Source: an uncultured bacterium
GTDB taxonomy: Bacteria; Hinthialibacterota; Hinthialibacteria; Hinthialibacterales; JAKPRU01
DNA length: 64,000 bases
Assembly (NCBI GenBank): GCA_964612675.1
Contig: CAZTDD010000012.1
Location: forward strand, 10,617 to 74,616
Reading direction: 5' to 3'
In this document: positions 1 through 8,714 of the stretch, one piece after another
Layout of the letters: each line of letters opens with the position of its first letter
Position numbering within the stretch: position 1 is the stretch's first letter
Position numbers and translations under genes: made by a program
The notes under the pieces: model-generated
What the model was told of the DNA's origin: nothing
The model's database searches: none
What the model saw: only the letters and a program-made list of their open reading frames with translations

Positions 1-2
1 AC

Positions 3-3000
3 TGGGTAACGGCCTTTTTCGGTCTGCTGGGGACGATTTTTGCAGTTGTAATGGGAGTACGTTACCGGAATCGTTCGGATATTTTATTTTTAGCGTGGGT
101 TATCCCGAACCTCCTTTTGTACAGTACATTTCTCTGTAAGTTTCCTCGGTATTTGATCACGATTCTGCCGTTTTATTTACTTTTCGGTGCGCGTGTACTC
201 GTGGCGATGGCATCGGTTCGTCCGGCCTTTTATTCGCCTGCGCTGGCGCGCTGGCCGATGTGGGCGATTCGTGGAGTCAAGCGTGTGGGCGTTGTTGGAA
301 TACCCGTGGCGGTTCTCTGTGCGGCGGTTTACGGATTCGCCTTTACGGATATTTATGAGCGCCCCCATACCCACCGTGTCGCGGCAGACTGGCTGCGGGA
401 AGACGGGGCGATCGGAAAACGCATCCTATCGCAGTCGTGGGATGAATGGCTGCCCGGCATCCCGAAGGCCGGAGACCTACAGCTCCATACCGATGGGGAT
501 CGTGTGTTGGATAAGAACCTCGGCATGCTTGCTCAAGCCGACTATGTGGTCCTTCCCTCCAAGCGAGCCTACGGCACCACGTTCCGAATACCGAAACGAT
601 TCCATTTGACCAATCGACTGTTCCGCCTTCTGTTCTCCGAGCAACTCGGATTCGAATTGGCAGCGACCATCACAAGCGAGCCGAAAATCGGTTTCGGACA
701 TTCGGCGTACAGGTACCAGTACGGTCCCGGACAAACACCCGAAGGCATTTCTCTATACAACTTACGTTGGGAACTGTCGAGCGACTTGGAGGATGAGTCG
801 TTTCGCGTATACGAACACCCGAAGGTGGTCATTTTCAAGAAAGTGAAACGGCTGAGCGCCGCGCAAATGCGCGACGCAATCATGAATCCGCCGGATTGGC
901 TGGAAAAGGTGACGTGGGAAGATATACTCACCGCTCGGGCCGGCGAGTATATCCAGGAGCCCGAGGTGAAATTCCCCGGGCTTTCGTGGTATTTCGGATT
1001 ACAGGTTCTCTCGCTTTGTGCATTTGTCCTCGTCTTTCCCGCCTGTTCATCGCTTACCGACCGTGGATATGCGTTTTCGAAAATACTCGGATTGATTCTA
1101 TTTGCATGGATTTCGTGGTTATTAGCATCCACCGGAATATTTCTGCTATCGAGGGGACAGCTGATTTGTGTTTTGCTTGCGTTGATCGGAGTCGCTTTCG
1201 CGGTGGGATACAGACAACGAAAAGCGCTGAGCTCTTTTTGGAATGAACACCGCCGTCTGATTATCGGCATGGAAATCCTATTTTTGATCTGTTGGTGGAT
1301 TTTCTTGTGTATCCGTGCTCATCATCCAGACGTCTACTGGGGCGAGAAGCCCATGGAATTCTCTTTCATCAACGCGATTTACCGAACCTCTGTTTTCCCG
1401 CCTGAAGACCCATGGATTTCCGGAAGACCGATCAATTATTACTATTACGGGTACGTAGTGTATGCCCTGCTCGGAAGACTTTTGGCGATACCACCGGAAT
1501 ATATGTTCAATCTAGGCGTGACAACGGTACCGGCGCTTCTCGGACTGTCAGTCTTCGGTTTGATTTACAATGTTTGTCGAAGCTGGAAAGCGGGGGTGTT
1601 GGGAGCGTACTTGACTCTGTTCTCCGGACACCTGATTTCGTACGGCCGGTTTATCCAAAGCTACCGCCAATGGATAGAAAAAGATCCCGCTGCAATCCCT
1701 TCTAACTTCGATCCAAACGCCGCCTATTGGGTGACCTATTTCCCGTCTATTTCGGATTGGTTTGCGTATTTCCCGTTGGCGCTGAAGACCGTGATGAATC
1801 TGTTTCTTTCTTCCCTCGGGTTGATTGAACGGATGCCGGGCGAAGCGCTGCGGTTTTTGTATATTCATCAGACAAGTTATTTTTGGAAGGCGGGCCATGA
1901 CGTCATTCGCGGCACTGCTGCATGTGAATTTCCGTGCTGGAGTTTCTATTTTGCCGATTTTCATCCTCATATAATGGTGATGCCGATCACGGTGGCTGCG
2001 CTCGGATTTGTTCTGGCGTGGCTTCTGCGAGACCGCACGGAGAAGAAGGACATAGCGAACAGCTACGGCGATTATGGTGTATTAACGTGGTTCGCGCTTC
2101 TTTTGGGGACGGTTATTTGCACAAATACATGGGATTTTCCAGCCGTCTTCCTCGTTTTCGCCATGGCATTGCTCGTTCGGTTTCTCGCTGTTTCGCCTTT
2201 TGTTGGGAAACGGATCCCAAAGGGATCGTGGATTTCACCGAAGGGCGGACAGATAGTGGCCTGGGATCTTCTGCTGCCGCTTGTTTTTGTTTTGTTCATT
2301 GCTTGGGCCGTTTATGTTCCCTTCCATAATAATTTCACGGCTCGTGTGACCGGCCTGCGATGGATGACGGAAGGAAACACGCCGCTTGTGACGCTTGTGA
2401 CGTTTTTTGGCGTGTTCTTCTTCCCCGGTGTTGTTTTTCTCCTCTGGAGGATACTGTTTCCGAACGGTTTGGGCGACCTGAGAAAGAAACGTCTTCTGTT
2501 ATTCCTCGTTTTTGCCGTGGCTGTCTTTGCTGTAGCGGAATATGTCGACAGGACGAATCCGTTGGACTATCCGCCTTCTCATACTCATCGGCACGGCTGG
2601 ACCCTGCCGTTCGATTATTCCTCCGCAGCGTTTCTGTTCATTTTCCTTGTTCCGAGTCTCTACTTTGTTCTTCGAAGCCGACGTCCTCTAACCGAACGCT
2701 ATGCTCTTCTTCTGGGCTTTATGGGATTGGGAATTCTTTTCGGCTGCGAATTTGTTTATGTGAAGGAAGGCTGGTCGGAGCCGGAGCATCGCTGGAATAC
2801 TGTCTTTAAGTTTTATTTGCAGGCGTGGATCTATCTAGCGTTATTCGGCTCGGTTGCGGCTGGGTTGTTCTGGCGGGATCTCCGAGCGAAAGTCGGTGGC
2901 GGCTGGAGATTGATTCGGCCGGTCGTGCGGTTTGGTTACGGTCTGGTGATGATTGCGTTGCTCGTGGCGTCGGTTGTATTTCCAATTGCGGGTGGATATT

Positions 3001-4412
3001 CAGTTACATTGACCGATACGCCCGATGCGCGAGGACTGATCCCGTCGTTGGATGGCCTGAGTTACATGAAAACATATAAACCGGATGAATACCGTGCGAT
3101 CCAGTTCATCAATTACGCTCTGGAAGATGTCCCTGTTGTACTGGAGGCCCACGCCTACGGGCGGGAATATCAGGAATTCGGCCGGGTCTCAATGAACACT
3201 GGATGTCCGACGATCCTTGGATGGGGAAATCATGTCCGCGAGCGTCTTCATAACGACGAAATTGCGATTCGACGCCAGGTTGTCGAAGAGATTTACGGAG
3301 CGAATTCGTCCGAGAGATTCCATCGGCTGCTGGGCGAATACGGTGTCGATTACATTTATTATGGAAAACAGGAACGTGAGGTGTCGGCGGGTGCGGAGCG
3401 GCGATGGAGCCAATGGGGGCATATTCTCGATACGGTCGCCCAATTCGATCTCGGTCCCAAACACTCGCATGCGTCGATCTATGGTGTGCGAGGAAATTTG
3501 AATGCAGTTGCCGGGGTCGCGACGGCGGAAACGCCGATGGCAAAACCGTTACTTGAGCATGAGCCCGGGAAATCGATGTTTGAAGGCGGCCGTGGATTCG
3601 CAAATGGGGAGTTCCAGGAGCCGCGCGGTTTGTGTGTCGATTCGAAGAAACGTGTCTATGTGGCGGATACGCGCAATTATCGCATTCAGGTATTTTTGCT
3701 GAATGGGGATTATATCGGTCAACTTGGCGAACGGGGTACCGATGTGGGTCAGTTTGAAGAGCCTATGGATGTCGCCGTGGATCGGGCGGATCGAGTTTAT
3801 GTTCTCGATACCTGGAACCATCGTGTCCAGGTCTTTTCCGACAAAGGCGAATATATTTCGACCATTGAGCGACAATTCTACGGTCCGCGCGGAATGGCGA
3901 TCGATCCACAGACAAACGCAATTTATGTCTGCGATTCGGGGCACCATGTCGTGAATGTCTTTGACCGAAACGGAGAATTCATACGAATCCTCGGGAATCA
4001 GACCCAGCAGGCGGGCAGCGGGGAAGGTGAATTCAAGGGGCCGGTGGGGATCGACATCGGACCGGACGGGCGTGTTGTGGTGGCGGATACGTTCAACGAC
4101 CGGATTCAGGTGTTCGACCGTTCTGGACGGTTTATTCGCACGTGGCCGGTCGGTTTCACGATGGAAGGTGAGCGGGGAATCGAGGCACATGTGGCGGTTG
4201 CGCCCGATGGTACAATCTATGTTACAGACCCACTCGGAGGCCAGGTGTTCATGTTCGGTCCGGACGGCACAAAACTAGGTGTTTCCGACCGCTCTGCAGC
4301 CGGAGAGACCTTCAGGGTTCCGATTGGAATTACGTTGAGCCCCAACGATGAACTCTTTGTCACGGATCTTGGCTGGGACAAGGTTTTGAAACTGCCACTG
4401 CCGGACCACTGA
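3..4412 (+). CDS. 5'-truncated multidomain membrane protein: end of GT-C (GT39/PMT-like) module + DUF2298 (Chlor_Arch_YYY) domain + C-terminal NHL-repeat beta-propeller
   Basis: The frame is open from position 3 (WVTAFFGLLGTIFAVV) into the ORF at 51. Motifs: RYLITILPF, ESFRVYEHPKVVIF, GEKPMEFSFINA, INYYYYGY, many TM segments, and repeated NHL units (EFQEPRGLCVDSKKRVYVADTRNYRIQVF). Confidence 0.8.
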   Translation, partial: WVTAFFGLLGTIFAVVMGVRYRNRSDILFLAWVIPNLLLYSTFLCKFPRYLITILPFYLLFGARVLVAMASVRPAFYSPALARWPMWAIRGVKRVGVVGIPVAVLCAAVYGFAFTDIYERPHTHRVAADWLREDGAIGKRILSQSWDEWLPGIPKAGDLQLHTDGDRVLDKNLGMLAQADYVVLPSKRAYGTTFRIPKRFHLTNRLFRLLFSEQLGFELAATITSEPKIGFGHSAYRYQYGPGQTPEGISLYNLRWELSSDLEDESFRVYEHPKVVIFKKVKRLSAAQMRDAIMNPPDWLEKVTWEDILTARAGEYIQEPEVKFPGLSWYFGLQVLSLCAFVLVFPACSSLTDRGYAFSKILGLILFAWISWLLASTGIFLLSRGQLICVLLALIGVAFAVGYRQRKALSSFWNEHRRLIIGMEILFLICWWIFLCIRAHHPDVYWGEKPMEFSFINAIYRTSVFPPEDPWISGRPINYYYYGYVVYALLGRLLAIPPEYMFNLGVTTVPALLGLSVFGLIYNVCRSWKAGVLGAYLTLFSGHLISYGRFIQSYRQWIEKDPAAIPSNFDPNAAYWVTYFPSISDWFAYFPLALKTVMNLFLSSLGLIERMPGEALRFLYIHQTSYFWKAGHDVIRGTAACEFPCWSFYFADFHPHIMVMPITVAALGFVLAWLLRDRTEKKDIANSYGDYGVLTWFALLLGTVICTNTWDFPAVFLVFAMALLVRFLAVSPFVGKRIPKGSWISPKGGQIVAWDLLLPLVFVLFIAWAVYVPFHNNFTARVTGLRWMTEGNTPLVTLVTFFGVFFFPGVVFLLWRILFPNGLGDLRKKRLLLFLVFAVAVFAVAEYVDRTNPLDYPPSHTHRHGWTLPFDYSSAAFLFIFLVPSLYFVLRSRRPLTERYALLLGFMGLGILFGCEFVYVKEGWSEPEHRWNTVFKFYLQAWIYLALFGSVAAGLFWRDLRAKVGGGWRLIRPVVRFGYGLVMIALLVASVVFPIAGGYSVTLTDTPDARGLIPSLDGLSYMKTYKPDEYRAIQFINYALEDVPVVLEAHAYGREYQEFGRVSMNTGCPTILGWGNHVRERLHNDEIAIRRQVVEEIYGANSSERFHRLLGEYGVDYIYYGKQEREVSAGAERRWSQWGHILDTVAQFDLGPKHSHASIYGVRGNLNAVAGVATAETPMAKPLLEHEPGKSMFEGGRGFANGEFQEPRGLCVDSKKRVYVADTRNYRIQVFLLNGDYIGQLGERGTDVGQFEEPMDVAVDRADRVYVLDTWNHRVQVFSDKGEYISTIERQFYGPRGMAIDPQTNAIYVCDSGHHVVNVFDRNGEFIRILGNQTQQAGSGEGEFKGPVGIDIGPDGRVVVADTFNDRIQVFDRSGRFIRTWPVGFTMEGERGIEAHVAVAPDGTIYVTDPLGGQVFMFGPDGTKLGVSDRSAAGETFRVPIGITLSPNDELFVTDLGWDKVLKLPLPDH

Positions 4413-4453
4413 GGAGTAGCACCGGCATCTTGCCGGTCGTGTCCGGGGTCCAA

Positions 4454-4843
4454 TCAGGACTCGCACAAAACGGCGATCGCATCGGCCTCAATGGCAGCGT
4501 TTTTAGGCAGATTCGAAGCCTCGATACAGGCGCGTGCCGGTTTCCCGGTGCCAAAATATCGCTCATAAACCGAATTCGCTTCCGCGAATTGCGAAATATC
4601 CTTGAGGTAAATCGTTATTTTCACGCAGGAGTCCAGGGATGCTCCCGCCGCTTCCAATACGATTTTCAGATTTTCGAACACACGCACACACTGCGCCTCG
4701 AAGGATTCGGTTACAAGATCTCCGGTTGACGGATCCTGCGGAATCTGCCCCGACACAAATACAAATCCATTCGCAACCACAGCGGGACTGTATGGCCCGA
4801 CGGCGGGTGGACCATTCTGCGGCACGACACATTTTCTATCCAT
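4454..4843 (-). CDS. ridA: RidA/YjgF/YER057c/UK114 family reactive-intermediate deaminase
   Basis: PPAVGPYSPAV, FVFVSGQIP, KITIYLKD, PARACIEASNLPKNAAIEADAIA. Confidence 0.92.
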   Translation of the reverse strand: MDRKCVVPQNGPPAVGPYSPAVVANGFVFVSGQIPQDPSTGDLVTESFEAQCVRVFENLKIVLEAAGASLDSCVKITIYLKDISQFAEANSVYERYFGTGKPARACIEASNLPKNAAIEADAIAVLCES

Positions 4844-4897
4844 TTTTAGTGACCTCCGAATATCATTCGATTTATACTGAGAACGGATGCACGAATT

Positions 4898-4964
4898 CGG
4901 GAGGCTCCCACCGAGCCGTAGACGTCGAAAAGAGAAGACGGCTCACCAGGAGGTTCGCCCTCCC
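4898..4964. repeat. REP-like inverted repeat, family A (left arm partial)
   Basis: Left arm gggaggctcccaccgagccg (4899-4918), 20-nt spacer, right arm cggctcaccaggaggttcgccctccc (4939-4964). The arms resemble those at 17217-17288. Confidence 0.6.
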
Positions 4965-5101
4965 CGTTTACCTTTCCCTGGTCGATTTCGCTTTCTTGCA
5001 CCTCGCGTTGATCGCACGTTTCTCCACATATTGTTCCCTGTTCCCGGGACGCTGTATGGATATCATGTAGGATTACTTTATCACAGGGGATTGAGGTTCT
5101 T

Positions 5102-6526
5102 ATGGCAGCAAAGCAACAAATTGGACTGATCGGTTTAGCGGTTATGGGGGCTAATCTGGCCCGTAACATCGAACGGAACGGCTTCTCGATTTCGGTATTC
5201 AACCGAAGGGAAGCGCCTCGCAAAGACTTCGCAGAGCGATTCGCAGCAGGCAAGAACTTTGTTGTAGCAGACAACCTGCATGAGTTTGTCGCGTCGCTGG
5301 AGAAACCCCGCAAGATCATTCTGATGGTCAAGGCGGGCGAGGGCGTCGATGCGGTTCTGGGGCAACTCAAAGAACTCCTGGAGCCCGGGGACATCGTTAT
5401 CGACGGTGGTAATTCTTTTTTCCGCGACACAGAACGCCGTGCGGCGGAATGCCAAGAGTGTGGCCTGAGGTATCTGGGCATGGGAGTGAGCGGCGGGGAA
5501 GAAGGCGCTCTTTGGGGGCCCAGTATTATGCCGGGCGGCGATGAGGACGCCTACAAGGAAATCGAGCCTGTCGTTCGGGCGATTGCGGCACAAACCGAGG
5601 ACGGGCCATGCTGTACCTACATCGGCCGGGGCGGAGCCGGTCATTTTGTCAAAATGGTTCATAACGGTATCGAATACGGCGACATGCAATTGATTGCTGA
5701 AACGTACGATATCGCGCGTCGTCTGGTAGGGCTTTCGACCGCCGACCTACGCGATCTGTTTGATCGATGGAATCAGGAGCCTCTTCAGTCGTACCTGATC
5801 GAAATTACCGCGAAAGTAGTCGACTTTCCCGACGAGGAAACCGGTCAACCATTGATCGATGTCATCCTCGATAGTGCGGGGCAGAAGGGGACGGGAAAAT
5901 GGACGTCCCAAACCGCACTCGAATACGGTATTCCCATTCCGACGATCGCCGCCGCCGTCGATGCGAGGATTCTGTCGTCCATGAAAGACGAACGTGTAGC
6001 GGCCGCCAAAATGTATCAGGTCACGAAACGACCGTGGGGCGGTCACCGTGAAGGATTTCTCGAGGCGCTGCACAGGGCGTTGTATGCCTCGAAGATTTGC
6101 TCGTATGCTCAGGGGTTTGCATTGATGCGAGCGCTGTCAAAAGAGGAAGACTACGAGCTGCGGCTGGACGAAATCGCACGGATCTGGAAAGGGGGCTGCA
6201 TTATTCGGGCGATCTTCCTGGACCGGATACGAAACGCCTATCAAAAAGACCCGAATCTGACGAACTTGCTGATGGATCCCTCGTTCAGTCGGGAATTGCT
6301 CGACTCGCACGACGCATGGAGGACCGTTGTCGCAACGGCGGTCGAGGCGGGAATCCCGGCACCGGCGATGTCGGCGTCGCTGGCCTACTTCGATTCATAC
6401 CGTTCCGCTCGGCTTCCGGCAAACCTGCTCCAGGCGCAGCGGGATTATTTCGGTGCGCATACATACGAACGAAGGGATAAAGCGGGGGTTTTTCATACGC
6501 AATGGGTAACGGAGAAGGGAGAATAG
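5102..6526 (+). CDS. gnd: NADP-dependent 6-phosphogluconate dehydrogenase (decarboxylating)
   Basis: IGLIGLAVMGANLA, GMGVSGGEEGA, GHFVKMVHNGIEYGDMQ, GQKGTGKWT, QAQRDYFGAHTY. Confidence 0.98.
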   Translation: MAAKQQIGLIGLAVMGANLARNIERNGFSISVFNRREAPRKDFAERFAAGKNFVVADNLHEFVASLEKPRKIILMVKAGEGVDAVLGQLKELLEPGDIVIDGGNSFFRDTERRAAECQECGLRYLGMGVSGGEEGALWGPSIMPGGDEDAYKEIEPVVRAIAAQTEDGPCCTYIGRGGAGHFVKMVHNGIEYGDMQLIAETYDIARRLVGLSTADLRDLFDRWNQEPLQSYLIEITAKVVDFPDEETGQPLIDVILDSAGQKGTGKWTSQTALEYGIPIPTIAAAVDARILSSMKDERVAAAKMYQVTKRPWGGHREGFLEALHRALYASKICSYAQGFALMRALSKEEDYELRLDEIARIWKGGCIIRAIFLDRIRNAYQKDPNLTNLLMDPSFSRELLDSHDAWRTVVATAVEAGIPAPAMSASLAYFDSYRSARLPANLLQAQRDYFGAHTYERRDKAGVFHTQWVTEKGE

Positions 6527-6530
6527 TGAA

Positions 6531-6568
6531 GCACGAAGGCACGAAAGCGGCACGAAAGCACGAAAAAA
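6531..6568 (+). repeat. Micro-repeat (gcacgaa) x4
   Basis: gcacgaa starts at 6531, 6539, 6550 and 6558, directly after the gnd stop. Confidence 0.7.
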
Positions 6569-6661
6569 CCGGGTAGGCTGGCGTAGCGACGTCGACGGCT
6601 TCGAACGAACAGATCGACTTCCGGAGAGCGCAATCCAATAAGAACCGAGGAAGACGAAACC

Positions 6662-8101
6662 ATGAAAACCATCCGACGACGATCTTTTCTCAAAAAATCC
6701 TCGCTCAGCCTGGCGGGTATCGGGGGTCTTGCCTCCGACGCGTATGCGGATTCACGAATTGAGAAGACGGTCATCGAAGAAACAAATGAACTTCCCGTGA
6801 TTCATGAGACGGATATTTGTGTGTTGGGAGGCAGCTGTACGGGAGTTTTTGCGGCAATCCGGGCGGCGCGGTTGAACGCGAAAGTGGCCCTTGTTGAAAA
6901 ACAGAATTCGTTCGGCGGGACAGCGACAAGTTCACTGGTAAACGTCTGGCACAGCCCAATGGATACGGAGTTCAAACAGCAGATTATCGCCGGGCTGACG
7001 CTCGAAACGATGGAACGTCTCGGGAAACGCAAGGCGGTTGACTTCGAGAATAAAAACTGGAGTAGGGGATTCACTTTCAATTCCGAGGAACTGAAAATTG
7101 AGTTGGATGAGATGGTTGTCGAGGAAGAGATAAAGCCTTTTCTTCATACATTTTTCTGTGCACCGATTCTGAAGGATGGCGAACTTGTTGCTGTGGCTGT
7201 GGAGAATAAATCGGGACGCGGTGCGATCAAAGCGAAAGTATTTATTGATGCGACCGGGGACGGCGATCTCTGCACGCGGCTTGGGCTTCCAACGTATACC
7301 ACCGATTTTCTTCAGCCGCCGACGACCTGTGCTCGATTTGAGGGCTGGAAATCCCTGGAAGGGACAAATTTGAGTAAACTGTTGCTCGAACATGGAAAGG
7401 AACATAACCTGCCGGAGGGGTTTGCATGGGGTGCATATGTCCCGGACTCGGAGGTTTATATGCTCGCGGGAACGCGGGTTTACGGTGCCGATTGTGCGAA
7501 CGCAGACGACCTGACCAGGGCGGAAATCGAAGGGCGTCGTCAGGTCCGCGCAATCATGGATATTATCCGAAAACACGCGCCTGATAGTACTATTGTCCTT
7601 CAGGCATTGCCCTCACAAATCGGCATTCGCGAAACAAGGCATATACAATGTCACTATCAACTGACCGGAGACGATGTGCTTCACGGGAAACGTTTTGACG
7701 ATGCGATCGCGAACGGGAGTTACCGTGTCGATATTCATCATCAGGAAAAACCGGGAATTACGTTTCGTTATTTGGACGGAACTGAACGTTATGTACGGCC
7801 CGGATATCCCACCGAAAAAGGACGGTGGAGAAACGAAACAGATGATAATCCGACTTTTTATCAGATTCCTTTTCGGTCGTTGGTGCCGGGGAAATACGGG
7901 AATTTGATTTTAGCGGGTCGGATGCTGGATGCCGATAAAGTTGCCTTTTCGGCGGTGCGCGTGATGGTCAATATGAACCAAACCGGCGAGGCGGCGGGCG
8001 TCGCGGCCTATTTAGCGTTGGATACGGGCAAGGATATCGATGAGCTGGACGCAAAGAAAGTCCAGAAATTACTTGTCAAAGGAGGATCGGTGATTATTTG
8101 A
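6662..8101 (+). CDS. FAD-dependent oxidoreductase (PF12831-like) with Tat-type signal
   Basis: IRRRSFLKK; DICVLGGSCTGVFAAIRAAR; FIDATGDGDL; YQIPFRSLVP; RVMVNMNQTGEAAG. Confidence 0.88.
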   Translation: MKTIRRRSFLKKSSLSLAGIGGLASDAYADSRIEKTVIEETNELPVIHETDICVLGGSCTGVFAAIRAARLNAKVALVEKQNSFGGTATSSLVNVWHSPMDTEFKQQIIAGLTLETMERLGKRKAVDFENKNWSRGFTFNSEELKIELDEMVVEEEIKPFLHTFFCAPILKDGELVAVAVENKSGRGAIKAKVFIDATGDGDLCTRLGLPTYTTDFLQPPTTCARFEGWKSLEGTNLSKLLLEHGKEHNLPEGFAWGAYVPDSEVYMLAGTRVYGADCANADDLTRAEIEGRRQVRAIMDIIRKHAPDSTIVLQALPSQIGIRETRHIQCHYQLTGDDVLHGKRFDDAIANGSYRVDIHHQEKPGITFRYLDGTERYVRPGYPTEKGRWRNETDDNPTFYQIPFRSLVPGKYGNLILAGRMLDADKVAFSAVRVMVNMNQTGEAAGVAAYLALDTGKDIDELDAKKVQKLLVKGGSVII

Positions 8102-8311
8102 AACTTGCCGAGATGATGCGTAGGCCATGGCTGCTCGTATATCGCCCAGCTGCAGGGAAGGATAGTGATCGATTATTTCTTGTGGGGTTAGCCCCTCCGC
8201 CAATGCATCAAGAATAATCGAGATATAGATGCGAGTACCTCGAACACAGGGTTTTCCACCGCATATGGTTGGATTGACAGAGATGCGTTCCATTAAGTTT
8301 CGCTGATTCAT
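8069..8311 (-). CDS. DUF433 family protein (antitoxin-like HTH), orphan, with divergent C-terminus
   Basis: ERISVNPTICGGKPCVRGTRIYISIILDALAEGLTPQEIIDHYPSL; GGAGGT SD upstream of ATG 8311; the 3' end overlaps the convergent oxidoreductase. Confidence 0.8.
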   Translation of the reverse strand: MNQRNLMERISVNPTICGGKPCVRGTRIYISIILDALAEGLTPQEIIDHYPSLQLGDIRAAMAYASSRQVSNNHRSSFDK

Positions 8312-8346
8312 GACCCCCACCTCCGATGCATTTGATTTTTAGCAGG

Positions 8347-8712
8347 TTATTCTTCCTCAAAGTAGTCCATATCGACTTTCTTCACTTCATAAGTTGCGAC
8401 TGTTGATACACCGACATCAAAGTCGATCATCAATTCAGCGAGACGCTCACCACTTACCAGTATGATTTTACTGTCGATTTTGTCAACATACTCAACAGCG
8501 TTTTTCGAAAACGTTGAAGTTGTGATGAAGACGCCCTTTTTGGCTCCCTGTCCCATTAGGGCACCGGCGAACTTTTGAATCTCTTGACGACCCACAGGGC
8601 TATCCCAGCGTTTTGCCTGAATATAGATCGAGTCGAGTCCAAGATGATCTTCCTTGATCCTACCATCAATACCTTCATCGCCAGCCCTGCCGATTGCCTC
8701 ACCGGTAAACAC
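8347..8712 (-). pseudogene. mrr: C-terminal catalytic fragment of Mrr type IV restriction endonuclease (N-terminal part missing)
   Basis: GEAIGRAGDEGIDGRIKEDHLGLDSIYIQAKRW...QKFAGAL...KGVFITTSTF...DMDYFEEE. Only 121 aa, starting 2 bp after the stop of the upstream gene. Confidence 0.8.
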
Positions 8713-8714
8713 CG

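Noticed and set aside
8347-8712. Intact Mrr defence system
   Set aside because: The N-terminal region is missing and no SD is evident; treated as a fragment.
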